DNA from: an uncultured Acidimicrobiia bacterium
GTDB taxonomy: Bacteria; Acidobacteriota; Terriglobia; Versatilivoradales; Versatilivoraceae
DNA: 64,000 nt
NCBI GenBank assembly: GCA_963786955.1
Contig: CAWBAT010000004.1
Span: 32,001-96,000, forward strand
Direction of reading: 5' to 3'
Positions 1-10,534 of the stretch are shown here, in pieces. Under the pieces are notes generated by a model that saw nothing but the letters and a program-made list of their open reading frames with translations, was not told the DNA's origin and made no database searches. The position numbers and the translations under genes are program-made. Every line of letters starts with the position of its first letter. Position 1 is the first letter of the stretch.

Positions 1-1016
1 CCCCAGCCCGCACCGGATTGACTGGTGGTCAAGTCACCCGTATGGACACGGGTCATCACCTCAACAGACTGCGGTGAAAGGATGCGAACACCTTTGACCT
101 GGCCCTTGTTAAGCATCATTTGATAGAGGATGTAAAGATCGCTCGCGGTCGAATAGATCCCCCCTTCCGGGAGCGGGTACTTTGCCCCTTCACGAAACTT
201 CATCACCCCTTCGCCCAAGGGATCCGTCGTGTATTTGACGGGTTTGCCATCCTTCATAATATAGGCCGTGGGCATCCGGTCGTGCTTTTCCTTCGGAGGA
301 AAGGTGTAAGTATCCTTCATGCCCAGCGGCTGGAAGATGCGCCGATCGAGGAACTTCTCGAAAGGCATTCCGGAAACCACTTCGATCACTCGGGCCAGCG
401 CAGCAATTCCGGTATTGGAGTACTGCCACTTCGTGCCAGGATCGAAATCAAGCGGTTGTTGGGACTCTACCAACACCACGTCCGCGAGTGGCATGTGCAG
501 GGCCTTGTGCAACTCCTTGATGGATTCTGGCGGGTTGGTACTCATCCCGGAAGTATGGGTCATGAGGTCGCGCAACGTGACTGGCCGGGAAGGCCGACGC
601 AAAGACATTGCTTCGGCGCTCTTTGACTCGGCAACCCACTGGCCGCGGAACTCTGGCAGGATTTTCTCAACAGGATCGCCAATTTCGAGCTTCCCTTCCT
701 CGACGAGCATCATCACTGCGATCGCAACGATGGGCTTTGTCATGGAATGAATCTGGAAGATATTGTCGACTCGCATCGGCTGTTTGGTTTCCAGATCGGT
801 AAAGCCTACCGCATTGATCGCGGCCACATGCCCATGGCGCGCCACAAGCGTGACCACTCCGGCCACCGTTCCCTTGTCCACGAACTGTTGCATCCGGATT
901 GGAATTTGGGCAAGGCGATTCGGGTCAAGACCTGTCTCGTCCGAGTGTTGGGCAATGAGAGGCGAGGCAGCAAATAAAGACGCTGCGAGGAAGAGCACAG
1001 AAAATAGAGCGTACAT
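1..1016 (-). CDS. Serine hydrolase, beta-lactamase class C-like family, exported; 3' end runs off the window
   Basis: Hand translation from ATG 1016 (absent from the ORF track because it is truncated): signal peptide MYALFSVLFLAASLFAASPLIAQ, SxxK motif (IHSMTK), THTSG, YSN motif (YSNTGIAAL), IFQPLGMKDT. Confidence 0.88.
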   Translation of the reverse strand, partial: MYALFSVLFLAASLFAASPLIAQHSDETGLDPNRLAQIPIRMQQFVDKGTVAGVVTLVARHGHVAAINAVGFTDLETKQPMRVDNIFQIHSMTKPIVAIAVMMLVEEGKLEIGDPVEKILPEFRGQWVAESKSAEAMSLRRPSRPVTLRDLMTHTSGMSTNPPESIKELHKALHMPLADVVLVESQQPLDFDPGTKWQYSNTGIAALARVIEVVSGMPFEKFLDRRIFQPLGMKDTYTFPPKEKHDRMPTAYIMKDGKPVKYTTDPLGEGVMKFREGAKYPLPEGGIYSTASDLYILYQMMLNKGQVKGVRILSPQSVEVMTRVHTGDLTTSQSGAGW

Positions 1017-1062
1017 TAAGATTCCTTTTGCCGCGGGCGATAGCGGCATACCCAGAAATAAA

Positions 1063-1490
1063 TCAACCCTTCCCCCTTTGCAGTGTTTTCTTTTGGGACA
1101 TGCAAGGGGCGTAGGGGGGTGTCCCGTCGGGAGAGAGGATACCCCCCTTGTATTCCCCCCTTGTATTCCCCCCTTGTTCAAGGGGGGAAAGAAATCTCTG
1201 CCTTCCCTTTCGAAGGGGAAGGCGTGAAAAAATACCGCCGGGTCGGGTGACCCGGCCTACAACACGAGGGACACACCCCGGCGCCTGCGGCGTTTCCCCC
1301 CCTCGACAGAGGGGATTCACGGGAGCCGCACATCCCGCTGATCGTCACTCCTCACAGAGGATTACCGGGCGATTCCCCCTTTGAAGGGGGCGTAGGGGGA
1401 TGTCCTAATACCACGCTGTTTGGTTTCTTCCAAAAAGGGACACCCCTCGGCGCCTGCGGCGATTCCCCCCCTTGATAGGGGGGAATCTCG
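1063..1490. repeat. Cluster of C/G-rich palindromic intergenic repeats plus one GTAG-type REP
   Basis: Several CCCCC..GGGGG hairpins; GGGACAC..CGGCGCCTGCGGCG repeated at 1268 and 1437; tandem CCCCCCTTGTATT; GCCGGGTCGGGTGACCCGGCCTAC near 1237-1260. Confidence 0.75.
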
Positions 1491-1498
1491 AAAGATTT

Positions 1499-2938
1499 TC
1501 AAGCGAGAATCCCATTGATGTTGTGGCCATGGACATCCGTGAGGCTGACATTGCGGCCACCAAAACGGTAAGTGAGTTTTTTGTGATCCAATCCTAAAAG
1601 CTGGAGAATCGTGGCATGGAGATCAAACACTTCGGTGACGTTTTCCACTGAGTGCATGCCGACTTCGTCAGTCGCACCGTAAACGAAGCCGCTTTTCAAG
1701 CCTCCTCCCGCCATCCAGACCGTGAAGGCCGTTTCATGATGGTCGCGGCCATCGGGCTTGGGCGCATGAGGGGTTCGGCCAAATTCCGTCGCCCAAACCA
1801 CCAGAGTTTCGTTGAGCAGTCCCCTGGATTTTAAATCTTTGAGTAACCCGGCAATACCCTGGTCCGTAATGAACGCATTGCCCTCATGTCCCTTCTTAAG
1901 TTCGCTATGCTGGTCCCAGGTTCCATTATTTGAGCCATAAACCTCAGGGCAGGTGATCTCGACAAAGCGGACACCGGATTCAATCAACTTTCGCGCACGC
2001 AAACACTGTGTGCTATACAACCGTTTATTCTGATCGGTGGCATCCAATCCGTAGAGGCGCTTAGTCGCCTCACTCTCTTTGTCCAGATTCAAAACGTCAG
2101 GCACGGAAGATTGCATCTTGTAAGCCAACTCGTAATTTTGAATGGCGGAATCCACTGCATCATCGTTCCGAATCGACTTCAAGAATTGCTGGTCCTCCTG
2201 AAGCAGCGCGTCCAGTTTTGCACGCTGAATTTTGGGATTCTTATCCGCGGGTTCGATATTCACAACCGGTTTCCCTTCCGCCTGCATCGGAGTGGCTTGA
2301 TAAGTTGCCGGCAAGAAACCATTGGAGAAATTCTCGAGACCTCCGGGCGGCACGGCTCCGGCATGAAGAAGGACATATCCCGGCAAGTTCTTATTTTCGC
2401 TGCCGAGTGCGTAGTTCACCCAGGATCCCAGACTCGGATATCCGCCGCCGTTACGGCCCGTATGCATCAGCAGATTAGCGCGCGGGTGCAGGGGAAATCC
2501 AGAAACCATCGAGCGGATGACCGTGATCTCATCCACACAACCGGATAAGTACGGAAATAATTCGCTGACCCAAATTCCAGACTGTCCATATTGCTTAAAC
2601 TGCCAGGGACTTTTAACCCACTTGCGATCGGTTTCTTTCTTGGCTCCTACCTGATAAATGCCCTCGTAAGGTTTGCCATCCAGTTCAGCCAGCTTGGGCT
2701 TTGGATCAAAGGTATCAATATGTGAAACGGCTCCGGGCATGAAGCAAAAAATCACATTCTTGACTTTGGGAAGGAAGTGCGGCAATTGAGTCGACAGTTC
2801 CGCATAGGCTTTATCGGCCATCAGCGCCGAAAGTGCCATCAGTCCGAACCCACTGGAAGCGTATTTGAGAACGTCACGCCGGGAAAGCGGTGTGGCCACA
2901 TAACCTGGACATCCTGTTTTTCGCATGCCTTGACTCAT
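1499..2938 (-). CDS. DUF1501 domain protein with twin-arginine-like N-terminus
   Basis: SRRDVLK; SHIDTFDPKP; WDQH; EFGRTP; GRDH; DLHATILQLLGLDHKKLTYRFGGR. Confidence 0.92.
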   Translation of the reverse strand: MSQGMRKTGCPGYVATPLSRRDVLKYASSGFGLMALSALMADKAYAELSTQLPHFLPKVKNVIFCFMPGAVSHIDTFDPKPKLAELDGKPYEGIYQVGAKKETDRKWVKSPWQFKQYGQSGIWVSELFPYLSGCVDEITVIRSMVSGFPLHPRANLLMHTGRNGGGYPSLGSWVNYALGSENKNLPGYVLLHAGAVPPGGLENFSNGFLPATYQATPMQAEGKPVVNIEPADKNPKIQRAKLDALLQEDQQFLKSIRNDDAVDSAIQNYELAYKMQSSVPDVLNLDKESEATKRLYGLDATDQNKRLYSTQCLRARKLIESGVRFVEITCPEVYGSNNGTWDQHSELKKGHEGNAFITDQGIAGLLKDLKSRGLLNETLVVWATEFGRTPHAPKPDGRDHHETAFTVWMAGGGLKSGFVYGATDEVGMHSVENVTEVFDLHATILQLLGLDHKKLTYRFGGRNVSLTDVHGHNINGILA

Positions 2939-2956
2939 CCGCTCAGCTCCCCCGTT

Positions 2957-5900
2957 TTATCTCAAATAGATAAATTCTTTTAGATTGAAAATAGCATGGG
3001 CCATGTCCTTCCAGACATCACGGCTCGTGAGGATCTGGCCTGGTGCCGTTTCGTGAAGACTCGCCAATTCGTTGACGAGGCCTTTGAATCGAGTCTGCTC
3101 GGCATCGTCCGGGGGTCTGCCGAGCGCAGTGAGAAACATCCCATTCAGCCTTCCTTCCAACGTTGGGGCCTGGGCCTCGAGTAAACGGTCCGCCCAGAAG
3201 CCCGCCTGGTCAAGGACGAAAGGATCATTCAACAGAGCCAGTGCCTGAGACGGCACGTTCGTTGTATCCCGATTTCCTCGAGTGACCGCCGGATTCGGAA
3301 AATCGAAAGTCTCGAGAAAACGCGAGCCTTCATGCCGAGTCACCTTGATATAGATACTTCTTCGACCGTTTCCATCAAGCGGGCCCTGGTGCAGTTTACG
3401 ATAGTCCTTGGGCTCTTCCCGGTAGGGCTGAATGCTCGGGCCGTACATGGTTCGATCCAGGCGTCCGGATACAGCGAGGATCGCGTCGCGAATCGATTCG
3501 CCTTCGAGGCGGTGAATCGGGTAATACGATAATAGCCGGTCTTGGGGGTCGAGCGTCAAAGACTCCGGTGAAGGCTCACTCGACTGCTGGAAAGTTTGTG
3601 ACATCACGAGAAAGCGAATCTGCTTCTTGATCGACCAACCCTCACGCATGAACCGCAGAGCCAAATAGTCGAGTAGTTCTTGATTCGACGGCCGCTCGCC
3701 ATAAACTCCGAAATTGTCTGCGGTGGGCACGATGCCGCGTCCAAAGAGGTGAAGCCACATTCGATTCACCATCACGCGCGCGGTCAACGGATTCGTCGGA
3801 CTCGCAATCAATTCAGCAATCTCCCGCCTCCCGCTGCCGGTCACCTTGAGTCCATCCGCTGTTCCCGTAATAATCTGCAAGAAACCACGCGGCACCGGAT
3901 TGCCGGGATGGGTCGCATCCCCCGCCGGCAACACCGGAAAATTGTAGCCAGGGTCAAGATCCGCCATCCCATCAAAATCTCTTGGGGCCGAGATCCGCGC
4001 TTCGGTGAGACGGTACTCTTCAATGAGTGCACGCAGCCGAGGAGTCTCGGCGTTTGCATTGGCAAGCAACCGGTTTTCCAGAAGCCAGCTGATCCAGCGG
4101 CAATCCTCGTCATTTGACTTTCCGTCGGTCCAACGGGTGAGAGCCTTTTTGACTATGGCGACATATCGGTCGGCGAGCTCCTCCAGACGGCTCGGCGCAT
4201 TGCCCTCGAATAGTCGAGCCATATGGGAGAGTTCATCCCGCGGAGACTCGTCGATGTCATGTAATACGGCCCGGGTCATCCCAAAATAGGAATAGGGCGA
4301 ACTCATCTGTTCTGGCGTGACTTTGAGTCGCTTGGGACGGTCTGGGATTCTCGGATTCTCCGATTTGGTGACGAGTTCCACATAGAACGGCAAGGCTGGC
4401 TGGTCGTCGCGGTTTGGAATCTTCAGCCACCGTGGGGTCCCCCAATCGAGTAACTTGTAATCCTCTCCGAGCATACAATTATCAAGCACAGTCCGCCACG
4501 CTCCCATTTTGCCGCCCATCACTTGAAGACTCACAAACTTCTTTTCCTTGGGAACGAGAGGCGAGCGCATCGCCCCATCGAGCCGTTCGGACAGCACATG
4601 GGTATAGACCCCTGCCGGAAACACGCCCGTGATGGCGTCGGGACCACTAATAGCCACTGCAAATTCTCCACTGGAGGAAGGCCCATCGCCGGAAGCATTT
4701 CCATCCGCGTGCCAGCCATCAAAACGGTCTCGGGTCAAGTCTCCAAATGGAATGAAGTTCTCGCGATTAAAAGCAATGCGTTTTTGTGCCTCTTCCTCGT
4801 AGCGAGGCTTCAGTTTGCTCCATGCCGGCAGAACCTCCGAATCGGCCACTTGCAACCATGGATACAGAGGTTCTTCCATCCCGGGGTTTTGTTTCTGGAG
4901 CAGAGTGAGCCAGGCCTGAATCCGGTCGAGCGAAAGGTCGGTGAGATCCTCCGGCTTGGGAGAAAGTCCTTTCGAAGCCCGCTGTGCGGCCATCAAGTAG
5001 CGTGGAATCAGGCTCGCTTCTTGAAACCATTGTTTCGCGACTTCTGTCCGAATCTGCGGCTTTAAATCACGCAAGCGCTGTTTGGCCGCCGCATTGACTT
5101 CTGAAGTATCCGCACTGCGCATAACCATCCGTGAACTCGTCAGGGCTCCGTAGAGTGCATAATAGTCTGCGGTGGGAATAGGGTCGAGTTTGTGATCGTG
5201 ACAGCGGGCGCAAGCCACCGTGAGGCCTTGAAAGGCCTTTCCCAGTGTGTCGATCTGGTTATCGACCACGTCGGTTCGGATTTGCCGAAAACGAATGCAA
5301 TCGTCATGCCCCAGTTCTCCGAAACGCAAAAAAGAGGTTCCGATCAGCGATTCGTTAATTCCCTCTTGGTTGTTGATGCGGGGCTTTTCGAGCAAGTCAC
5401 CGGCGAGATGCTCGCGGATGAGCTGGTCGTAGGGGACATCCTGATTGAACGCCCGGATGAGGTAATCACGGTAGAGCCACGCCCCCTTGATTTCATAATT
5501 CCAATCGTTGCCAAAAGTCTCGGCAAAGCGCATGACGTCCATCCAGTGACGCGCCCACTGTTCTCCAAAATGGGGTGAGGCCAACAGTCGATCGACAAGC
5601 CTGGCGTAGGCCCCCGGCGATTCGTCATGGACGAACAAACTGACTTCGAGCGGCGTTGGCGGAAATCCAGTGAGCACAAAACTCAACCTGCGGATTAGAG
5701 CTTTCCGGTCGGCAGGTTCGGCGGGCTTCAGGCCCTCTTTGCGAAGGGCCGCGAGGATAAATCGATCAACCGGGTGGCTGGTGTTTGCCATTTCCTCAGG
5801 CTGTGATTCGCGCAGTCGCTGATAGGCCCAATGCTCTTTTTTAATTTGGTCATAGCTAGCCCGAGCCCCCTTAACTGGAGATGACACGGCACCCACCGTT

Positions 5901-6301
5901 GGCCAGGGCGCTCCTAAGTTGATCCATTTTTCGATGGCGGCGATTTCTTCGATTGCCAGCTTCCCCCCGAGCGGCATATTGAGGCCGTCGTGGTGGATCG
6001 CTTTCACAAGCAGGCTAACCTTTGCATCGCCTGGCGCGATGGCAGGACCGCGAGTACCCCCTTTCAAGAGGGCCTCACGGGAATCAACGCGCAGTGACGA
6101 GAGTTGCTGCGCTGGCCCGTGACAGGACACACAATACTTCACAAGCAAAGGTCTGACATCTTTCTCAAAGAATTCGATAGAGCTTGGGTCTGGCTTCGGG
6201 TCTTCCAAAGCTAAAAGAGGGGAAGTCGCGATCACTAAAAGTAAAACTGAGAGCCAGTGGAATTTGCTGCGGCGGCTTGATATCGAAGCATTCCTAATCA
6301 T
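2957..6301 (-). CDS. Planctomycete-type cytochrome c + DUF1549 + DUF1553 (PSD1) protein, exported
   Basis: Signal peptide; FFEKDVRPLL..CVSCH heme motif; HWMDVMRFAET; CARCHDHK; NPLTARVMVNRMW; QALALLNDPF; EFIYLR terminus. Confidence 0.93.
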   Translation of the reverse strand: MIRNASISSRRSKFHWLSVLLLVIATSPLLALEDPKPDPSSIEFFEKDVRPLLVKYCVSCHGPAQQLSSLRVDSREALLKGGTRGPAIAPGDAKVSLLVKAIHHDGLNMPLGGKLAIEEIAAIEKWINLGAPWPTVGAVSSPVKGARASYDQIKKEHWAYQRLRESQPEEMANTSHPVDRFILAALRKEGLKPAEPADRKALIRRLSFVLTGFPPTPLEVSLFVHDESPGAYARLVDRLLASPHFGEQWARHWMDVMRFAETFGNDWNYEIKGAWLYRDYLIRAFNQDVPYDQLIREHLAGDLLEKPRINNQEGINESLIGTSFLRFGELGHDDCIRFRQIRTDVVDNQIDTLGKAFQGLTVACARCHDHKLDPIPTADYYALYGALTSSRMVMRSADTSEVNAAAKQRLRDLKPQIRTEVAKQWFQEASLIPRYLMAAQRASKGLSPKPEDLTDLSLDRIQAWLTLLQKQNPGMEEPLYPWLQVADSEVLPAWSKLKPRYEEEAQKRIAFNRENFIPFGDLTRDRFDGWHADGNASGDGPSSSGEFAVAISGPDAITGVFPAGVYTHVLSERLDGAMRSPLVPKEKKFVSLQVMGGKMGAWRTVLDNCMLGEDYKLLDWGTPRWLKIPNRDDQPALPFYVELVTKSENPRIPDRPKRLKVTPEQMSSPYSYFGMTRAVLHDIDESPRDELSHMARLFEGNAPSRLEELADRYVAIVKKALTRWTDGKSNDEDCRWISWLLENRLLANANAETPRLRALIEEYRLTEARISAPRDFDGMADLDPGYNFPVLPAGDATHPGNPVPRGFLQIITGTADGLKVTGSGRREIAELIASPTNPLTARVMVNRMWLHLFGRGIVPTADNFGVYGERPSNQELLDYLALRFMREGWSIKKQIRFLVMSQTFQQSSEPSPESLTLDPQDRLLSYYPIHRLEGESIRDAILAVSGRLDRTMYGPSIQPYREEPKDYRKLHQGPLDGNGRRSIYIKVTRHEGSRFLETFDFPNPAVTRGNRDTTNVPSQALALLNDPFVLDQAGFWADRLLEAQAPTLEGRLNGMFLTALGRPPDDAEQTRFKGLVNELASLHETAPGQILTSRDVWKDMAHAIFNLKEFIYLR

Positions 6302-6612
6302 GAATAGGCCATTGGGCTTTGGCGAATCGACAGCAGCGCAAACGACATTTCTGCTCCAAAGCCGAGGGGAAGTGTGAAAGAATTCCGCCCGGTTAGGGAC
6401 GAACCATTCGGTCGCTTTCTTTTCTAGAATAACATATTCAGTGAGGATACGTATTGCCGTTTGCTCGATCTGCCGCAGATTCCTGGGAGTAATGGTTCTC
6501 CCGGTTCCTGAGTGCTCTGTTTCAAAAATACGATCACGTATTTTCAGCGCTCTGACCGGCTAGTGGTGGCGCGCATGAAACTTCGGAATTCGGGCTTACG
6601 GCAAAAACTTTG

Positions 6613-7479
6613 TCAAGGCCGCGATCTCGAGGAGCCCGCCAAAAGATTCTCTCGGAGAAAAGCCAGGCCTTGCCGGGCTAAAGTATCCGGAGAGTCAGAC
6701 AAAGGTCGCCATAAACGAGCCAGGGGAGCCAATCGGCCTTCAGGGTTGAAGGACTCGATCACCACGTAACCCTTGTATCGGATCTTCTGGAGCGCGCTGG
6801 CCACTTGGCCCCAGGGGACATGCCCCTCTCCGGGAATCCCCCGGTGGCTGTCTGAGCCATGCAGGTGAAAGAGCTTGTCCCCTGCCAAATTGATGGCACC
6901 GGCAATATCTTCTTCTTCAATGTTCATATGAAAACTGTCCAGATGGATGCCAACGAATGGGGATTGAACCAGCTCGATTAGCTCGCGAGCCTGCTTTGCT
7001 GTGTTGATCAAATTGTTTTCGTAACGGTTGAGCACTTCCACCCCCAAACGGACTCCGACTTTAGCGGCATATTGGCCCAATTGATCCAGCCCTTCAGCAG
7101 CTCTTTGAATGCTCGCCTGCCACTGGCTGGCAGATAGTCCTTTCTCTCCGCCTACTCCCGCCACGGATCCGGAAAAAATTGAAGCCCCTGCTTCTGCGCA
7201 GATGTCCAAGCCTCGCTTGGCATATTCCAAAGCACGGCTCCGACTCTTGGCATCCTCACTGGAGAGGTCACGCTCAGAACTAAACAAGCCGATGATGGAA
7301 CAGCCCAGTTCATAATTTGCGAGCTCTCTACGAAGCGCATGAGTGTCAATAGTGGCGTCATCTTCGAATCCAAATTCGATGACCGATCCTCCCAGCGACT
7401 TCACCTTCGCAAGCAAAGGCAAATCTCGCGCCGTGCTGAAGGGAGATGTCCAGACCCAAAGATTGATGCCAATTTTCAT
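6613..7479 (-). CDS. Sugar phosphate isomerase/epimerase (D-tagatose/psicose 3-epimerase-like TIM barrel)
   Basis: EVLNRYE, HLDSFHMNIEE, H..DSHRGIPGEG, IESF motifs. Confidence 0.88.
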   Translation of the reverse strand: MKIGINLWVWTSPFSTARDLPLLAKVKSLGGSVIEFGFEDDATIDTHALRRELANYELGCSIIGLFSSERDLSSEDAKSRSRALEYAKRGLDICAEAGASIFSGSVAGVGGEKGLSASQWQASIQRAAEGLDQLGQYAAKVGVRLGVEVLNRYENNLINTAKQARELIELVQSPFVGIHLDSFHMNIEEEDIAGAINLAGDKLFHLHGSDSHRGIPGEGHVPWGQVASALQKIRYKGYVVIESFNPEGRLAPLARLWRPLSDSPDTLARQGLAFLRENLLAGSSRSRP

Positions 7480-7596
7480 ATTGCTCTACCCACCTCACGA
7501 CAAATGAGAGAACCGGAATAATTAAAATGCAGGGGAGCGGGGGATATCAAACCTTGTCCTAATTTGCAAAAGTCCGTGTTGTAGCTATTCCCGCTG

Positions 7597-7629
7597 TTTA
7601 GGCCCGGGGTCAACGACCCCGGCTACAAC
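7597..7629. repeat. GTAG-type REP-like palindrome
   Basis: CCGGGGTC-AAC-GACCCCGG-CTACAAC; related sequences near 1237, 8740 and 12331. Confidence 0.65.
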
Positions 7630-7679
7630 ACTTACCGCGAATTTGTGCAACTTAACCCTAGTTTGGGCTGTTAGAGGAT

Positions 7680-8642
7680 CTATTCAAACCAGAGTTTGGT
7701 GGAAGGTTTTTCGAGCATCACCTTTCGGAGCAGACCGACTGCTAATTCAAATCCTTCCTCGGAACCAATCAATGGGTCTTCATGTTCAATGGAGAGTACG
7801 TCATCGTAACCGATGAGCCTAAGCGTGCTCACAAACGATCGCCAAAACTCTTCGGCATGACCAAAACCAGCCGTCCGGAAGACCCAACTCCGGTTCTGTT
7901 TGTCTTGAAAGGATTTTGAGTCGAGAATTCCATTGATGCGGACCACATGTTCATCTAACCGGCTGTCCTTGGCATGAACGTGATAGATCGCGTCGCCCAG
8001 GAACCGAATCACTTCAATGATGTCGATGCCTTGCCAAAATAAATGAGAGGGATCCAAGTTGCATCCCACCACAGGACCCACGGCATTCCTGAGTCGCAGC
8101 AAGGCTTCCGGTTTGTAAACCATATCGACAGGATGCATCTCGAAACACAAACGGATGCCATGATCTTGGGCGATCTGTCCGTGCTCCTTCCAATAAGGAA
8201 TAAGCCGTTTCTCCCATTGCCATTCAAACATTTCCAGATTCCGCGGAGGATAGGGATACAAGATCCAGTTGGGCACTTGGTCTCCTGGGGCTGCTTCCGG
8301 AAGGCCAGAAAGTAATGTGAGACGCCTCACCCCAAGCTTCTCAGCCAAACGGCAAGTATCTCGGAATTCCTGATCATATCCCTTGGCGATCAGAGGATCT
8401 GGATGAAGCGGTTCACCGTGCATGGCCAAGGCACTGATCGTGAGTCCAAACTCCGCCAGAGTCTCTTGGAATTTCTTGAACTTTGATGGATCTGAAAGTA
8501 ACTCGGCCGGGTCGCAATGGTTCTTTGGAAAGAAGCCCCCCGTACCGATCTCGATCGCCTTTAGCCCCAATTTGTGCATCCGCTCGGCTGCTTCACGAAG
8601 GGATAAGTGCACAAATACGGTAGTGATGGCTCCTAAATGCAT
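7680..8642 (-). CDS. Sugar phosphate isomerase/epimerase (AP_endonuc_2/IolI-like)
   Basis: FEMHP, NLDPSHLFWQG, HVHAKD, LSIEHED motifs. Confidence 0.88.
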   Translation of the reverse strand: MHLGAITTVFVHLSLREAAERMHKLGLKAIEIGTGGFFPKNHCDPAELLSDPSKFKKFQETLAEFGLTISALAMHGEPLHPDPLIAKGYDQEFRDTCRLAEKLGVRRLTLLSGLPEAAPGDQVPNWILYPYPPRNLEMFEWQWEKRLIPYWKEHGQIAQDHGIRLCFEMHPVDMVYKPEALLRLRNAVGPVVGCNLDPSHLFWQGIDIIEVIRFLGDAIYHVHAKDSRLDEHVVRINGILDSKSFQDKQNRSWVFRTAGFGHAEEFWRSFVSTLRLIGYDDVLSIEHEDPLIGSEEGFELAVGLLRKVMLEKPSTKLWFE

Positions 8643-8795
8643 TCATCTCCCTCCGATTGGAATTACAGTGACCTAGTTGGGATTGGCGCCGTGTGGGGTT
8701 GAGGCTTTAGAAAGCCTCAATGGCCTACAAAATTGTTGGCTGGGTCACCGACCCGGCGTTAACTTCACCGTATTTATGAAAAGCAGTACTAAATC

Positions 8796-9873
8796 TCACG
8801 AATGGCTTGGGATCTTGGAACCGCCAACCCACTTTACTCCGACAGATTCTGCATTGAGGCAAATTTGTTCCCAGGTTTTTGGATCGATCGGAATTCCATG
8901 GGCGCTCCGCTCTTTCAACAGGCGAAAGTCTAATTCTCCAGGCAGCACGACTTCTTTATGGTTAGGTGCCACAGGAGAAGATTTAAGGTGATCTCTCAGC
9001 TCTTTGGTGAGCCCATCAAATTCTTGACGAGAAAGGAATGCCGAAACATTGACCACAATGAAACAGATCCCGTTCCCCGGCTGGGGGACAGTCGTCCTGG
9101 TACCAGCCAAAAGCCCTGCCAGGACCTCCATCAAGATCCCAAGCGCAAACCCTCGGTACCCCAAGTCCCCTCCAAAGGGCAAAATACCGCCTCTGGGGGG
9201 GCCATAAAAATCAGCCGGATCGTTGCTGGGGTTGCCTTTTGCGTCAACAATCCAGCCGTTAGGCAATAGTTTCTTTTGGTTTAGATACAGCCTGATCTTC
9301 CCTTCCGGAGCCTGGGAAGTCGAAAAATCGGCCAAGATAGGAGCGTCCGATCCACAAGGAATAGCAAAAGAAATCGGGTTTGTAGAGAGACGTCCTTCGC
9401 GTCCTCCCCAGGGGAGAACAAAATGCCCGTCTCCGGGCGGGGAGTTACATGCCGCAATGGCAATAAAGCCCTGCTCTGCTGCCGCTTGAGTGTAAGCGCC
9501 CAGTCGACCCACGTGACTACAGCGCCGGGTCACGACAGTTGCCGTGTTGTGGTTGCGTGCTTTATCGACCGCACATTGTACTGCTCTCAAGGCCCCCACT
9601 TGGCCATAATTCCAGCCGCAGTCCAGGATTGCGGTTGTCTCCGTTTCGTTGCTCAAGCGAATGGGTGCGCCCGGGATCGATTCTTCCATCCCGGACTTCT
9701 GGCACATACTGACAAATTCGAATGATTCCATGCGAATCGTAACCCATCAGGTTTGCCTTAACCAGATGGTCCGCGATCATCACGGCTTCATCCTGCGGCG
9801 CTCCGCATCCGACGAAGACTCTTGCTGCAAATTCTTTCAGGTCTTGAGCTACAAAGTTCAGGGTTTCAGGCAT
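8796..9873 (-). pseudogene. Ldh_2 family (malate/L-sulfolactate/2,3-diketogulonate-type) oxidoreductase with a single frameshift at about 9670-9675 (real or sequencing error)
   Basis: The N-terminal frame (GYDSHG..DGRIDPG) and C-terminal frame (PGAPI..SHVGRLG..LSTNP..LPGE) join into one protein if one base is removed from GATCCCGGGCGCA. Confidence 0.85.
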
Positions 9874-10027
9874 AAAACTCCAAAAGGGGATAATTAATCT
9901 TGAAAACTCCCGCCAAATTTATTCAGTCCACTTGACAAAAAATTAACCTTCGCCTGCGAAGATCTCAGCCTTTCTTTTCCCTGTCAAGCGTATCCGCTCA
10001 AGGCCAATCTCAGAAAAATCTACTCCC

Positions 10028-10441
10028 TCAAAACACGTCCACTTTTGCAAGGATGCTGAAGAGGACAAGAATGCCGATGAAAAAGACCAGGAGTGAGACC
10101 ACGATCGTCACTTTCCAAGATTGTTACCGGTTGTGGAAGCCAAGTGCCTTCACATATTTCCAATAAGCAATCGTGGCGGCCAGCAACGAAAATGTTCCCG
10201 TTGCGATCAAGGTGAGGCCGAGGTTCCGCGGCCCATTGGGAAGGATAAGGGCCACCATCCCTGACTTGTGTAGAGATTCCATGACGCGGTAGATTGTGAA
10301 ACCAAAGGCAATCAAGGCCACTGCGGTTCGAATCCAAGCCAGCAAGGTGCGGTCGGCTGCGAGCAGGTTTCGGGCAGCCGCCAAATCTGTCCGTTCACTG
10401 GCAAGCATTAGGCCTTCATCACGTTTCTTTCCTTCGTCCAT
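10028..10441 (-). pseudogene. YidH/DUF202 membrane protein with an in-frame TAA at 10124-10126
   Basis: LAADRTLLAWIRTAVALIAFGF signature; after the TAA the same frame continues QSWKVTIVVSLLVFFIGILVLFSILAKVDVF-TGA (third TM helix). Confidence 0.75.
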
Positions 10442-10534
10442 GTACTCCTTCCCAAGTCGAGAGTGGTCCCAGGCTGGAGTAGCTCGTGGCTTCCTTCATT
10501 TGTGCGGAACGGGCTCTCTGTCGCGCGTTCTTTT

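Noticed and set aside
120-1384. Several plus-strand ORFs of 60-170 aa
   Set aside because: They are antisense shadows of the serine hydrolase or translations of repeat DNA
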